This document shows positions 9,901-18,865 of a DNA stretch of 29,726 bases, one piece after another. Made by a program: the position numbers and the translations under genes. The stretch is taken from positions 1-29,726 of the forward strand of contig JBBISH010000085.1 in NCBI GenBank assembly GCA_037441385.1, given 5' to 3'. This DNA comes from Myxococcales bacterium (GTDB taxonomy: Bacteria > Myxococcota_A > UBA9042). The first letter of the stretch is position 1, and every line of letters starts with the position of its first letter. The notes beneath the pieces are model-generated. The model did not search any database, was not told the origin of the DNA, and saw only the letters and a list, made by a program, of their open reading frames with translations.

Positions 9901-11996
9901 TGGGCCAGATCGAGCTGGCGGCGGCTCAGGTCGACCAAGCGCGGCAGCGGGCGGCCGACGTGCGTCAAGCCGCGGCCAGTGCTGGACATTCCGAGTGGCA
10001 AGGCCGGGCGCTGACGCTGCTGGTGCAGTGCGACTTGGACGCGGAGCCGTGGCTGGCCGTGCCGCGCGAGCGTCTGTCCGGTTTGGACGACGACTTGCGC
10101 CTGGCCCTGGATTTGCTGCCCGCCAGCAAGGCCTTGCATCGCAACCAGGCGTGCGCGCTGCGAGCCCGGCTGCTCTTGCAGCGCGGCCAAATCGACGACG
10201 CGCGGCAATTGGCTCAGCAACAGGTGGGCGTCCTGCAACGGGTCGCCGCTACCTTGCGCGGGCCCGAGCGGGCCGCATTCGAGCGCGATCCTGCGGATGC
10301 CGCGGCCCGCACACTGCTTTTGGCGCTCGCCCAGCTGCCCGAAGTGCCCCACGGTGGCAGTGCGCGGCCCGGCTTGGTGCCCACCTTGCTGGCCGTCAAT
10401 CGCCGCCTGGGCGAGCAGCGCGATATCCCGCAAATCCTTGAAACCTTGATGGACTCGGCGATCTTGCTCACTGGTGCCGAGCGGGGATTCCTGGTTCTGG
10501 ACGAGGGCGATGCCGGCGTGAGTGCCGAAGTCCGCGCCACGCAGCTCAAGGTGGCCGTTGCGCGCAACTTGGACCGCGAGAATCTCAAGAAACCGCAGCA
10601 CAAATTGAGCCACACGGTGGCCGAGGAAGTGTTTTTGTCGGGCGAGCCAGTGCTGTCGCTGGATGCGCAGATCGACACGCGTTTTGCCGATCAGGCCAGT
10701 GTCCACGGGGGCGCGCTTCGGTCGATTTTGTGCGTTGCCTTGCGCTCGCAAACGGGATCGCTGGGCGTGGTCTATGTCGATAATCGCTTTGCATCGGGCG
10801 CATTTACCGACGAGCACGCCACGGTGCTCTCGGCCCTGGCTGACCAGGCGGCGATCGCGATCCAGACTGCCCGGCTCCTGCAGGCCCAGCGCGACACGGC
10901 CGAAGCCCTGCGGCGGTCCCGCGCCGAAGTCGAAGCGCTCAATGCCCAGCTTCGCTCGCAACTGGCCGAAGTGGAGCACGAATTGGACGACGTGCGCGCC
11001 GATCTGCAGGCCCAGCGCCTAGAGATCGCCCACCGCAGCGACTACTCGCAAATCAAGGGCGAAAGTCCGCAACTTTTGCAGGTATTTTCGCTGATGGACC
11101 GCGTGCGCGACCACGACTTCCCGCTGCTGCTCATCGGCGAATCGGGCACCGGCAAAGAACTGGTGGCGCGGGCCATTCACTTCACCGGTCGCCGCAAGCG
11201 CGGGCCATTCGTGGCGATCAACTGTGGCGCGTTGCCTGCTAACTTGTTGGAAAGCGAGCTGTTTGGCCATGCGCGCGGCTCGTTCACGGGCGCAGTGGCC
11301 GAGCGGCGGGGCCTGTTCGAGGCGGCGCATTCCGGCACACTCCTGCTGGACGAAGTGGGCGAGATGCCCCTGGAAATGCAGGTCAAATTGCTGCGCGTGC
11401 TGCAGACTAGCGAATTCAACCGCGTGGGCGACAGCACACCGCGCCGGGTGGATGTGCGGGTGATCGCCGCGACTCACCGCGACTTGGCGGCCATGGTGCG
11501 GGCCGGCACGTTCCGCGAGGACCTGCTGTATCGCTTGAAAGTCGTAGAGTTGCGTATTCCGCCGCTGCGCGAGCGGCCCGGCGACATCGCCGTATTGGCC
11601 GAGCATTTCCTGCGCGAAAATCGGTCCGCCGGCATCGGCAAGGTCGAGTCGATTGGCAAGGCGGCCCTGCAGCGGCTGCTGCAGTTCTCGTGGCCGGGCA
11701 ATGTGCGCCAGCTGGAAATGGTCTTGAAATCTGCGTGCTTGTTTGCTGATTCTGCGGTGCTCGAGCGCAGCGACATCGACTCGCTTTTGCAGCGCGAGCG
11801 CGGCGGCGAGGCGGCGACGGGGCGTGGCGAGCCCGACGCGTGGTGGTCGGTGGCTTCGCTCGACGTCATCGAGGCGCGGGTGGTGGCGGCGCGGCTGGCC
11901 GCGATGGGCGGCAACAAGCGCAAGGCCGCTGAGTCGTTGGGGATCGACCGCGGGACCCTGTACAAGAAACTGCAGTTGGCGCAGGGGGAACCGTGA
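6984..11996 (+). CDS. Giant sigma54-dependent activator: Ser/Thr kinase-like, degenerate STAND/P-loop, TPR, GAF, AAA+ and Fis-HTH domains
   Basis: Kinase motifs [24 protein letters not shown]-like helices. GAF ([25 protein letters not shown]). AAA+ motifs [82 protein letters not shown]. Start GTG/ATG at 6981/6984. Confidence 0.92.
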   Translation: MATAHPNNPEAVAALVACWQPTRRLAQGGGGEVWLARRRGETTEDWVIKYASTPDLMAALAREWRALHAIALPLLPEPAWWAPLGPNQAALVLRRVAGQPLDQGLRGATSGQVREVLIELLRSLAVIHAAGWVHGDLHPGNILLTRLGERAHVHVLDLGLADRAGDPVRGPGLLACAAPDRLRSGTADPRDDLFSLALAVWQAWRGAELWPGYPLRMPAVGTQPELAIGEGSAAERALVDLLRAMAAIDRSHRPQTAEAALTWLDAAGSDGERWGRVLVEASRRPRLDLPAVEQFEAQHAEAPVAWALGPIDEENAVAVRSWLTLAATRSQTLAWLAADAADGALLMAPNACRAWHGPAARQPAVLGDGAAQLGLAARTWLVEQLAGLGQAGVLVAGPVDALPPPLAWAVRHWDATGGWQLRAAATATQASDPVWSRPGCQAPELARWLASAVGGRRWDGALVEHLALATGGRLPLAAEAVAELLQRGQLLWHPGEVAAAAADVEAAVAAAVSAVQHPDLPASAHWPLLAWLAAAGHAVAGESVAELGLRVPDHLDGDLAAWLWRDGAGSLQLRSTASQSRIHAELPAQMVAQALRVAAGRARHPAEQAILRVKAWQRDGQLLPGADEIAMAVESLQQRGASQAVMALAATWLPNWRELSDPRLPRIAAAWLRAVADGGNLAEAADLAHHWPAAWSNEAALALARAEVAFRAGDYPTCRAQAEAILQRDPQQPEAWLWLAFAATWQGDRQAAQPAMVRAAALAAPGGDTADLLDYLQGLHEYYAGQLDPAEQRLRALLQRSRPGLWPAVQGALGLVAHRRGDLSGARQHYGLAATLAQAQGDRTRALNMAMNLAVIDHESGELGAALAGYRRVIDLAEQNGNPGAAARAKTNRGNLLASLGLLDAALGDLTAAVPFWQEVGNHHLLGNALCVLGEIARRQGRAGHAAELLERADRALEEAGAVTERLEIQIELGQIELAAAQVDQARQRAADVRQAAASAGHSEWQGRALTLLVQCDLDAEPWLAVPRERLSGLDDDLRLALDLLPASKALHRNQACALRARLLLQRGQIDDARQLAQQQVGVLQRVAATLRGPERAAFERDPADAAARTLLLALAQLPEVPHGGSARPGLVPTLLAVNRRLGEQRDIPQILETLMDSAILLTGAERGFLVLDEGDAGVSAEVRATQLKVAVARNLDRENLKKPQHKLSHTVAEEVFLSGEPVLSLDAQIDTRFADQASVHGGALRSILCVALRSQTGSLGVVYVDNRFASGAFTDEHATVLSALADQAAIAIQTARLLQAQRDTAEALRRSRAEVEALNAQLRSQLAEVEHELDDVRADLQAQRLEIAHRSDYSQIKGESPQLLQVFSLMDRVRDHDFPLLLIGESGTGKELVARAIHFTGRRKRGPFVAINCGALPANLLESELFGHARGSFTGAVAERRGLFEAAHSGTLLLDEVGEMPLEMQVKLLRVLQTSEFNRVGDSTPRRVDVRVIAATHRDLAAMVRAGTFREDLLYRLKVVELRIPPLRERPGDIAVLAEHFLRENRSAGIGKVESIGKAALQRLLQFSWPGNVRQLEMVLKSACLFADSAVLERSDIDSLLQRERGGEAATGRGEPDAWWSVASLDVIEARVVAARLAAMGGNKRKAAESLGIDRGTLYKKLQLAQGEP

Positions 11997-13024
11997 CCAC
12001 CGCGACGCGCTTTGGCGACTACCTGCTGCTGCAGCGCACCGCCTTGGGCGGCATGTCCGAGGTTTTTCGCGCCCAGCGCTTGGTGCGGCGGCCCGGCGAG
12101 CCCGAGCTGGCCTTGAAGCGGCTGCTGCCCATGCTGTGCGAAGACGAGCGGGTGGCGCGGCTGTTCCTGCGCGAAGTCGAAGCGTTGCGTCGCATCGACC
12201 ATCCCGTGGTGCTGCCGCTGGTCGACGCGGGCGAGCACGGCGGTGTCCCGTTTGTGGTCATGCCGTGGGTCCGCGGTGGCAACCTGCGGCAGGTTTTGCG
12301 CCTCGGCGACAGCGACACGCAGCAAGAGCCACTGCCCATCGAGGCGGCGTTGTGGCTGGGGGCTCAGTTGGCGGCGGGCTTGGCCGAGGCGCACGCAGTC
12401 GGGGTGGTGCATCGCGACGTGTCGCCGTCGAATATCCTGGTCGATACCGTAGGTTCTGTGTATCTCATCGACTTCGGCATCGCCCGCGTGGTCGGCTTGG
12501 CGCAGACCACCCACGGCCAGGGCCTGCGCGGCAAGTGGGCCTATGCGGCGCCGGAGCAAATTGCCGGTCAGGTCATCGACTACCGCACCGACTTGTTCAC
12601 ATTTGCCAGTGTGCTGGTCGAGGCGCTGATCGGTCAGGCCCCCTTTGCCGACGTCGATCGCGAGTCGACCTTGGCGCGCATCGGCCGGGCCGAGCCCTTG
12701 CGGTGGCCGCAGCTCGACGGCCCCCTGGCCGCCGTGGACGAGTTGCTGCGGGCGATGCTGGCGCGCGACCCCGATCATCGGCCTGGAGACACCGCCCTGG
12801 TTGCCCAGATTCTCTATCGCGCGCTCGTGCAAGTGGGCGATCCTCAAGGCACCAGCGCCCGGCAGCAACTGGCTGCACGGACGCGCGGTGTCCGCCAGCC
12901 GAGCGGTGTCCACCTGGTCCAGGCGGCCGAACTGCGCGGCGAGGACGTCACCAACCCAGAGCTGGACCCAGACGCCACTCAAGTCCGGATGGATCAAGCG
13001 CCATTTCCGCGGGAGGAGTCGTGA
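11993..13024 (+). CDS. Cytoplasmic Hanks-type Ser/Thr protein kinase (Pkn)
   Basis: LGGMSEVF, ALKRL, FLREV, HRDVSPSNIL, DFGIA, GKWAYAAPEQ, TDLF. No transmembrane segment. GTG start overlaps the upstream TGA (GTGA). Confidence 0.93.
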   Translation: MTTATRFGDYLLLQRTALGGMSEVFRAQRLVRRPGEPELALKRLLPMLCEDERVARLFLREVEALRRIDHPVVLPLVDAGEHGGVPFVVMPWVRGGNLRQVLRLGDSDTQQEPLPIEAALWLGAQLAAGLAEAHAVGVVHRDVSPSNILVDTVGSVYLIDFGIARVVGLAQTTHGQGLRGKWAYAAPEQIAGQVIDYRTDLFTFASVLVEALIGQAPFADVDRESTLARIGRAEPLRWPQLDGPLAAVDELLRAMLARDPDHRPGDTALVAQILYRALVQVGDPQGTSARQQLAARTRGVRQPSGVHLVQAAELRGEDVTNPELDPDATQVRMDQAPFPREES

Positions 13025-13989
13025 GCGCCCAGTCGACCTCGCACGCCCCCTTGCGCTGGCTGGAGCTGGCACCGGGATACGCCTGCAATTGTCGCTGCTT
13101 GGGCTGCCACTCGTGCAGTGCCGACGCCACCCAGCAGATGGAAAGTCCTGAAGTGGTGCGCTGGCTGCAAACGGGCCGGCAGCGGGGCGCCCAGCACCTG
13201 TGGCTCTCGGGCGGCGAACCCACCCTGCGCAAAGACTTCTTGGGCACATTGCGCTTGGCTCGCCAACTGGGCTATCGGCGGATCAAGGTCCAGACCAACG
13301 GCCTGTTGTTCAGCTATCCCGAGTTTGCCGACAAAGCGATCGCCGCGGGCATGAACGAAGTCAACTTGCTGCTCAAAAGCCGCGTTCCCAGCGTGCACGA
13401 CGAGCTGAACCAGTTGCCCGGCTCGCTGGCTTTGCTGGACCGCGCCGTGGCCATCCTGCGCACCCGGCCGCTGCGCCTGGAGGGCGATATCCTGTGGACC
13501 AGTCGCAACGCCGACGAACTGCCAGAGCTGGTTGACCACTACGGGCAACAAGGCTTCAAGCACTTCAACGTCTGGCTGTTTTCGCTGGTCGATCAGGGCG
13601 CGGCGGATCTGCGCGCGCTGGTGCCGCCCATGGCCCCGCACATTCCGGCCCTGCTGCGGGCCCGCGAGCTCGCCAAGCGCCACGGTGCCACCTTGGTGTC
13701 TTTGAACACGCCGCACTGCCTGGTGCCGCCCAGCGCCTGGGACCTGCAATTCGACGCCGCGGCGATGGCTATGCTGGTGGTCAATCCGGGGGGCATGGCC
13801 TTTCGCATGGACCAAAGTACCATTGAAACCGGAGTGTATGCTCCAGTGTGCATGGAGTGCCCGGCCAAGCCGTGGTGCCATGGAGTTCGCCAAGATTACT
13901 TGGACTTGCATGGCAGCGGCGAGTTGAAGCCCGTGGCGGCCACGACGGTGCGAGAATTCGATCCGCGGGGCAGCGCATTGGATCTGTAA
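13021..13989 (+). CDS. Radical SAM enzyme, HxsC-like
   Basis: GTG 13021 with RBS GGAGGAG. CNCRCLGC (CxxxCxxC), SGGEPTL, QTNG, PHC, and C-terminal CMECPAKPWCHGVRQDYLDLHGSGELKP (CxxCx5CxG...Y...G..EL.P), as seen in HxsC-type enzymes. Confidence 0.88.
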   Translation: MSAQSTSHAPLRWLELAPGYACNCRCLGCHSCSADATQQMESPEVVRWLQTGRQRGAQHLWLSGGEPTLRKDFLGTLRLARQLGYRRIKVQTNGLLFSYPEFADKAIAAGMNEVNLLLKSRVPSVHDELNQLPGSLALLDRAVAILRTRPLRLEGDILWTSRNADELPELVDHYGQQGFKHFNVWLFSLVDQGAADLRALVPPMAPHIPALLRARELAKRHGATLVSLNTPHCLVPPSAWDLQFDAAAMAMLVVNPGGMAFRMDQSTIETGVYAPVCMECPAKPWCHGVRQDYLDLHGSGELKPVAATTVREFDPRGSALDL

Positions 13990-13999
13990 CGATTTGAAA

Positions 14000-15007
14000 T
14001 TACGGAATATTATTCGGCTGGGCCGGTTCGGGTTCCGGTTTTACCTCTGGCGCCGGCTTCTTGTGGTCGTGGGGCGGCTTGGGCCCGTGCATGTGCGCGC
14101 GCCGCTCGAGCCCCGCCACCGCGCAAACGGTGATCATGAAGGCCAGGTTGGCGTAGAAAAGCCAAAGAAGCAGCGCCACTACGCCGCTCAGGGCCCCGTA
14201 CACCGCATCCATTTTGACCACGGACTTTACGTACAGCGTGAACAACCACTGGCCCACCGTGCACGTCAGGCCAAAAACAACGGCCGTGACCAGAAGGCGC
14301 CGCTTGCCGACCTTGCCAACGGACCAACGCACCAGCACAAAGAAAAGCGCAGCAACGGGCAGGCTTTGGCTCAGCAGCAGTGTCATGCCCAGCACGTCGA
14401 TCCAGCCCTTGGACAGGGTGTGCACCGATCCGGCCGCCACGTGCAGGCCCCACTCGACCAGCGGGCCCACAAAATTGACCAGCAGAGCCAAGCCCACCGC
14501 CAGCGCGATCACCCCGCTCATGTAGCCGGCGGCCCGCAGGGTCGAGCGCGGTTTCTTGTCAAAAATCGAGCGGATAGCGTCGTCGAGCCGGCCAAAGACG
14601 GTCATCCCCAAGAACGCGGCCGCCACCAAGCCCACCACGCCGTGCACCGTGCGGTGGCGAACCAGCGCCGCGGCGAATTCGGCGGGATTCCACGTAACGC
14701 CGGGCAAAGACTCGCGAACCCAGCGCACCATCTGCCGCAGGGCGGCATGGCGAAGCTCCAGATCGAGTCCGGTGACTTCGCCCGCGCGATCGACCGCCCC
14801 CAGCAAGAAGCCGAACACGGAAAACGTCGCCAGCAGCAGCGGCACCGCCGCCAACAGCGAGTACATCGCCAGGGCTGCCGCCCGATCGACCACGCCATGA
14901 CGCTGAACTTGATGAACAATTTCGGCCGCCAGTGGATAGCGCTCGGCCAGTTCGTGGCGCCAGGCGGCCAGCCGGTGGCGGATGCGGGTGGGGTGCGCGG
15001 CGTGCAT
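14000..15007 (-). CDS. YihY/virulence factor BrkB family membrane protein
   Basis: AAALAMYSLLAAVPLLL, multiple transmembrane helices, VYGALSGVVALLLWLFY. Start placed at ATG 15007. Confidence 0.88.
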   Translation of the reverse strand: MHAAHPTRIRHRLAAWRHELAERYPLAAEIVHQVQRHGVVDRAAALAMYSLLAAVPLLLATFSVFGFLLGAVDRAGEVTGLDLELRHAALRQMVRWVRESLPGVTWNPAEFAAALVRHRTVHGVVGLVAAAFLGMTVFGRLDDAIRSIFDKKPRSTLRAAGYMSGVIALAVGLALLVNFVGPLVEWGLHVAAGSVHTLSKGWIDVLGMTLLLSQSLPVAALFFVLVRWSVGKVGKRRLLVTAVVFGLTCTVGQWLFTLYVKSVVKMDAVYGALSGVVALLLWLFYANLAFMITVCAVAGLERRAHMHGPKPPHDHKKPAPEVKPEPEPAQPNNIP

Positions 15008-15158
15008 GATCCGCAAGGCTAGAGCACGAATCAGAAACTGCAAGGCCTGCGCACGCTGCCGGGCCCTACTTCTTGACGCGGGGCCGAAGCGGATCGGGTT
15101 GCGCGCGCCCGCGACTTCGCTACGCTTCTGGGCCAGGAGCGCGAGCCAGGGGGGACGC

Positions 15159-15902
15159 ATGGACAGCGGAGTGCAGCGGTGGTCGCGGCGGCGACTCATC
15201 CAGACGGGGTTGCTGGGCGCAGGCGCGTGGGTCGGTGGAGCCGGCACATGGTCGGCGCGCGCGTGGGCCGACGACGAAGTCGGCTGGAAGCACATTTTTT
15301 CCGAAAGCGGCGTGGCCGTGTGGAATCGCCTGGAACCCGGCCGAGAAGTGCCTGTTTTCAAAGGTATCGGCAGCATCGACGCCGGCCTGTTCGAAGTCCT
15401 GGCCGTGCTCAACGACGTCTCGCGGCACACCGAGTGGATGGCCAACTGTGCCCAGGCGCGAATTCTAAAACAGGTCAACGAGTTCGATCGCATCCTCTAC
15501 AACCGCACCGACGCGCCATGGCCCGTCAGCGATCGCGACACGGTCCTGGACTGTACCGTCGACGGCACCATGAGTCGCCGCGAAGTGCTGTGCCCCTTCA
15601 ATTCGATCGCGTCGTCGCTGCAGCCGCCGATCGACGGAGTGGTGCGGATGCCGCGGCTGCGCGGCTTCTACAAGTTGGTGAGTATCGACGACAAACGCAC
15701 CCGCGTGACCTACCAGATCGACGCCGACCCGGGCGGTCATTTGCCGGACTTCGTGGTCGAGATGACCACCAAGAAGCTGCCGCTGAACACGGTGACCGGG
15801 CTGCGCAGTCAGGTGGCCAGGACCCGGGGGCGTTACGAAAGCTTCTTGGCGAAGTACGATCCCAGCCACGGCGGCACCATTCCGGCGCAGTTCCAGAAGT
15901 AG
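15159..15902 (+). CDS. START (lipid-binding) domain protein with twin-arginine (Tat) signal
   Basis: SRRRLIQ, hydrophobic stretch and AWA cleavage site. START-like motifs W...SGVAVW, FKG, EW, APWPVSDRD, TRVTYQIDADPGGHLP. Confidence 0.85.
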   Translation: MDSGVQRWSRRRLIQTGLLGAGAWVGGAGTWSARAWADDEVGWKHIFSESGVAVWNRLEPGREVPVFKGIGSIDAGLFEVLAVLNDVSRHTEWMANCAQARILKQVNEFDRILYNRTDAPWPVSDRDTVLDCTVDGTMSRREVLCPFNSIASSLQPPIDGVVRMPRLRGFYKLVSIDDKRTRVTYQIDADPGGHLPDFVVEMTTKKLPLNTVTGLRSQVARTRGRYESFLAKYDPSHGGTIPAQFQK

Positions 15903-15935
15903 TTCCGCCAAAAGCTTCATGGAGTTTGCCTGCAA

Positions 15936-17150
15936 ATGAGCCTTACCTCGCCCTTTGCCGGTTGGCTACCGGCCGCCGATCGCTGTAGCCAAGTCATTGC
16001 GCCCCCCTACGACGTGGTCTCGACCGAAGAAGCCCGCGCTCGCGTGCACGGCAAGCCCCTCAGCTTCCTGCATGTTTCGCGCCCCGAGATCGACCTGCCC
16101 GTCGGCACCGATGTGCACTCGCCACCGGTCTACGCCCAAGCCGCGATCAACTGGCACGGCCTGCAAGCCGCGGGTGCGATTGCCCAGTGGCCGCGCGACG
16201 CGTACTACGTCTACCGGATGCAGATGGGCGAACACGTACAGACCGGTGTGGTGGTCGCCGCCGACGTCGCCGCCTACCGCGAGGGCCGCATCGCCCGCCA
16301 CGAACTGACCCGCCCAGACAAGGAAGACGACCGCGTGCAGCACATTTTGGCGGTGGCGGCGCAGACCGGGCCGGCGCTGTTGGCTTGGCGCGGGCAGCCC
16401 CAGCTGGTGGCGGCCCTGGAACAAGTAGCGAGCCGGCCCGCCGACTTGGACGCGGTGGGCGACGGCGACGTGCGGCACTCGCTTTGGGTCGTCGACGAGC
16501 CGCACCAACTGCAGGCGCTGCATGGCCTTCTCTGTGATTTGCCCAAGCTCTATATCGCCGATGGGCACCACCGCAGCGCGGCGGCTTCGCGGGTGGCGGC
16601 GGCTCAGCCCGGCAACCCCAAGGCGCAGCGGTTCTTGGCCGTGGCGTACGCCGCCGAGCAGATGCAGATCTTGCCGTACCACCGCGTGGTCAAGGACTTG
16701 GCCGGTCTGACGGCGGATCAACTGCTTGCGGCGGCCGGTTCAGCCTTTGCGGTCCAGCGGCTGGGTGGCCGGCCGCAGCTCACCCAGCGCGGCGACCTGG
16801 GCGTCTACCTGAATAATGCCTGGTATTTGTTGCGGATTCACCCTGATCGTATCCCTGCCGACCCGGTCGGTCGCCTGGATGTCAGCCTGTTGCACGATCA
16901 CTTGATCGCGCCGTACCTGCACATCACCGATCCGCGCCGCGACCCACGCATCGACTTCGTGGGCGGAGTGCGCGGCCTGTCCGAGCTGGAACGCCGCGTC
17001 GATTCAGGGGAAATGGCGGTGGCGTTCGCCCTGCATGCCACCAGCATGGCCGACCTCATGGCCGTGGCCGATGCCGGCCTGTTGATGCCACCCAAATCGA
17101 CTTGGTTCGAGCCCAAGTTGGCCGACGCAATGGTGAGTTACGGCCTGTAG
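15936..17150 (+). CDS. DUF1015 family protein
   Basis: APPYDVVS, SFLHVSRPEIDL, HELTRPDKEDDR, YIADGHHRSAAA, IDFVGGVRG, MPPKSTWFEPKL. Confidence 0.92.
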   Translation: MSLTSPFAGWLPAADRCSQVIAPPYDVVSTEEARARVHGKPLSFLHVSRPEIDLPVGTDVHSPPVYAQAAINWHGLQAAGAIAQWPRDAYYVYRMQMGEHVQTGVVVAADVAAYREGRIARHELTRPDKEDDRVQHILAVAAQTGPALLAWRGQPQLVAALEQVASRPADLDAVGDGDVRHSLWVVDEPHQLQALHGLLCDLPKLYIADGHHRSAAASRVAAAQPGNPKAQRFLAVAYAAEQMQILPYHRVVKDLAGLTADQLLAAAGSAFAVQRLGGRPQLTQRGDLGVYLNNAWYLLRIHPDRIPADPVGRLDVSLLHDHLIAPYLHITDPRRDPRIDFVGGVRGLSELERRVDSGEMAVAFALHATSMADLMAVADAGLLMPPKSTWFEPKLADAMVSYGL

Positions 17151-17199
17151 CTGCTGGCTGTGCCCCGGCCAATTCCACCACGGACCCCGCGAATTTCCG

Positions 17200-17228
17200 T
17201 TGACAGTTCGCGCGCCCATCGCTACCGT
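17200..17228 (+). promoter_or_regulatory. Sigma70-type promoter of the PilZ gene
   Basis: TTGACA (17200-17205), 17-bp spacer, TACCGT (17223-17228). RBS GGAGG precedes ATG 17302. Confidence 0.6.
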
Positions 17229-17301
17229 GCTGCGCCCTTCGGGACCCGACACCGGACCTTGAAGCCAAGCCGGTATCCGGAGACCCAGGCGGAGGCGAGC
17301 C

Positions 17302-17721
17302 ATGATCGACGTAGAAACCGGAGCCAAAGCCACCGTGCCCATGGTCATCGAGCGCCGCGGCGCCCAGCGCGTGGCCGTCGACTTGTTCGTGCAGGAGCGC
17401 GACGGCGATCGCCTGTTCGTGCACCCGGCGACGAACCTGTCGGCCAGCGGCATCTTCATCGAGAGCCATTCCTACTCGCTGCGCAACGCTTTGGAACGCC
17501 GCTACATCGAGCTGGAATTCGCGCTGCCCGGCGACAAGGTGCCGATCGTGGTGCGGGGCGAAGTGCTGGGTGCACGTCGCACGGGCGGATTCTCGCACGG
17601 GCTGGCGATCAAGTTCCTGGACCTGGCGGCCGAAGCCGAGCGGCGCCTGGCGGCCTTTGTCGAGCGCAAGCTGGCCGAGGGCGTGGGCGAAGGCCCCACC
17701 AGCGAGGCGGCGCCGATCTAG
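17302..17721 (+). CDS. Stand-alone PilZ domain protein (probable c-di-GMP receptor)
   Basis: RxxxR (RRGAQR), NxSxxG (NLSASGIFI), LEFALPG, GEV, GLAIKFLDL. Confidence 0.9.
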   Translation: MIDVETGAKATVPMVIERRGAQRVAVDLFVQERDGDRLFVHPATNLSASGIFIESHSYSLRNALERRYIELEFALPGDKVPIVVRGEVLGARRTGGFSHGLAIKFLDLAAEAERRLAAFVERKLAEGVGEGPTSEAAPI

Positions 17722-17917
17722 GCCACGACGCGGGAGCCTTCGCTCCCCAACTCCTCAGGTCGACCGGGCTCCGGCCGACTCGACATGCCAGGTTTCATCC
17801 ATTCCGGGTGCAAAACTTGGTCGGCATGTTGAACCAGATCCCTCCTTCCGCGCCGCTTGCGTCCCGCTTTGCCCCTAGTTGGGCTCGGCCGTGAGCGTGG
17901 CCATCCTGCGAGGCAGC

Positions 17918-18817
17918 ATGAACATGACCAACCCCCACGCGTCGGCGCAGGCGCGCTCGGTGCTCGGCGTCATCGGCGGCTCGGGTCTGTACGAAATGCC
18001 TGGCATCGAGCGGGTTTGCGAGCATCGCGTCGAGACTCCTTTTGGCGCCCCGTCCGATGCCCTTATCGAAGGTTGGCTCGGCGATACCCAGCTGTTCTTC
18101 TTGCCCCGCCATGGCCGCGGCCACCGCTTCTCGCCCAGCGAGATCAACTACCGCGCCAACATCTGGGCCATGAAGAAGGCCGGCGTCCACAACATTTTGT
18201 CGGTCAGCGCCGTGGGCTCGATGCGCGAAGACATCCACCCGGGCGACTTGGTCATCGTCGACCAGTTCATCGACCGCACCGTGGCGCGCCCGCGCACCTT
18301 CTTCAGCGATGGCATCGTGGCGCACGTCGGTTTTGCGGATCCGACCAGCGCGCGCATCGGCAAGGCGCTCAAGGCGGCCTGCGAGCGTCTGGGCCTGCGC
18401 CACCACGTTGGCGGGGCGTATGTCTGCATCGAGGGGCCGCAATTTTCCACGCGCGCCGAGTCCGAGACCTTCCGCACCTGGCACAACGTCGCGGTGGTCG
18501 GCATGACCAACTTGCCCGAGGCGCGGCTGGCCCGCGAGGCCGAGATCCCCTACGCCACCCTGGCTTTGGCCACCGACTACGATTGCTGGCACGCCGGCCA
18601 CGACGCCGTCACCGTGGACCAAGTGGTCGCGGTGCTCAAGGCGAACGTGTCCAACGCGCAGAAGGTCATTGCCGCCGTGGCCGCCGAGCCGCCGCAGGGC
18701 GACGATCCCGCCGTGGACGCGCTGAAGTACGCGGTGATGACCCATCCCGAGGCGATGCCGGCCGACGCCCGCGCGCGCTTGGGTCTGCTTTTGGACAAGT
18801 ACTACCCGCGGGCCTAG
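17918..18817 (+). CDS. mtnP: S-methyl-5'-thioadenosine phosphorylase
   Basis: GVIGGSGLY, TPFGAPS, LPRHGRGH, INYRANIWA, DQFIDRT, EGPQFSTRAES, GMTNLPEARLAREAEI, ATDYDCWH. Confidence 0.95.
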   Translation: MNMTNPHASAQARSVLGVIGGSGLYEMPGIERVCEHRVETPFGAPSDALIEGWLGDTQLFFLPRHGRGHRFSPSEINYRANIWAMKKAGVHNILSVSAVGSMREDIHPGDLVIVDQFIDRTVARPRTFFSDGIVAHVGFADPTSARIGKALKAACERLGLRHHVGGAYVCIEGPQFSTRAESETFRTWHNVAVVGMTNLPEARLAREAEIPYATLALATDYDCWHAGHDAVTVDQVVAVLKANVSNAQKVIAAVAAEPPQGDDPAVDALKYAVMTHPEAMPADARARLGLLLDKYYPRA

Positions 18818-18865
18818 CCGCCCTTTCCCGCCTGCGCCGTCTCCCCTGGCATGCAAGGTACTATC

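Noticed and set aside
9198..10979. Long antisense or alternative-frame ORFs (also 3666-4877, 4832-6496, 11474-13249, 17795-19930, 20699-21934, 23402-25249, 28872-29720)
   Set aside because: Shadow ORFs of well-supported genes, expected in high-GC DNA. They contain no domain motifs.
11277..11294. GSFTGA instead of GAFTGA as a sign of an inactive activator
   Set aside because: GSFTGA is a common variant in sigma54 activators, and the key Phe-Thr is retained.
11743..13020. 748-aa version of the radical SAM ORF (a long N-terminal fusion)
   Set aside because: The extension overlaps the activator and kinase genes out of frame and is Arg-rich noise. A clear RBS and GTG lie at 13012-13023. The extended starts at 525, 1388, 14982 and 15493 were trimmed for the same reason.
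13021..14000. Complete His-Xaa-Ser RiPP cluster
   Set aside because: No HxS-repeat precursor, HxsB-like second maturase or HxsD-like gene was seen in the window.
17229..17301. c-di-GMP riboswitch in the PilZ leader
   Set aside because: No GNRA tetraloop/receptor or GCAAA-type consensus; only a weak CCGGA/TCCGG stem.
17732..17880. 6S RNA, SRP RNA or SAM/SAH riboswitch upstream of mtnP; minus-strand micro-ORF MPTKFCTRNG
   Set aside because: The diagnostic conserved motifs were not found by eye. The micro-ORF's AAGGAGG lies ~13 nt from its ATG, too far for a typical RBS. Kept only as an unassigned structure.
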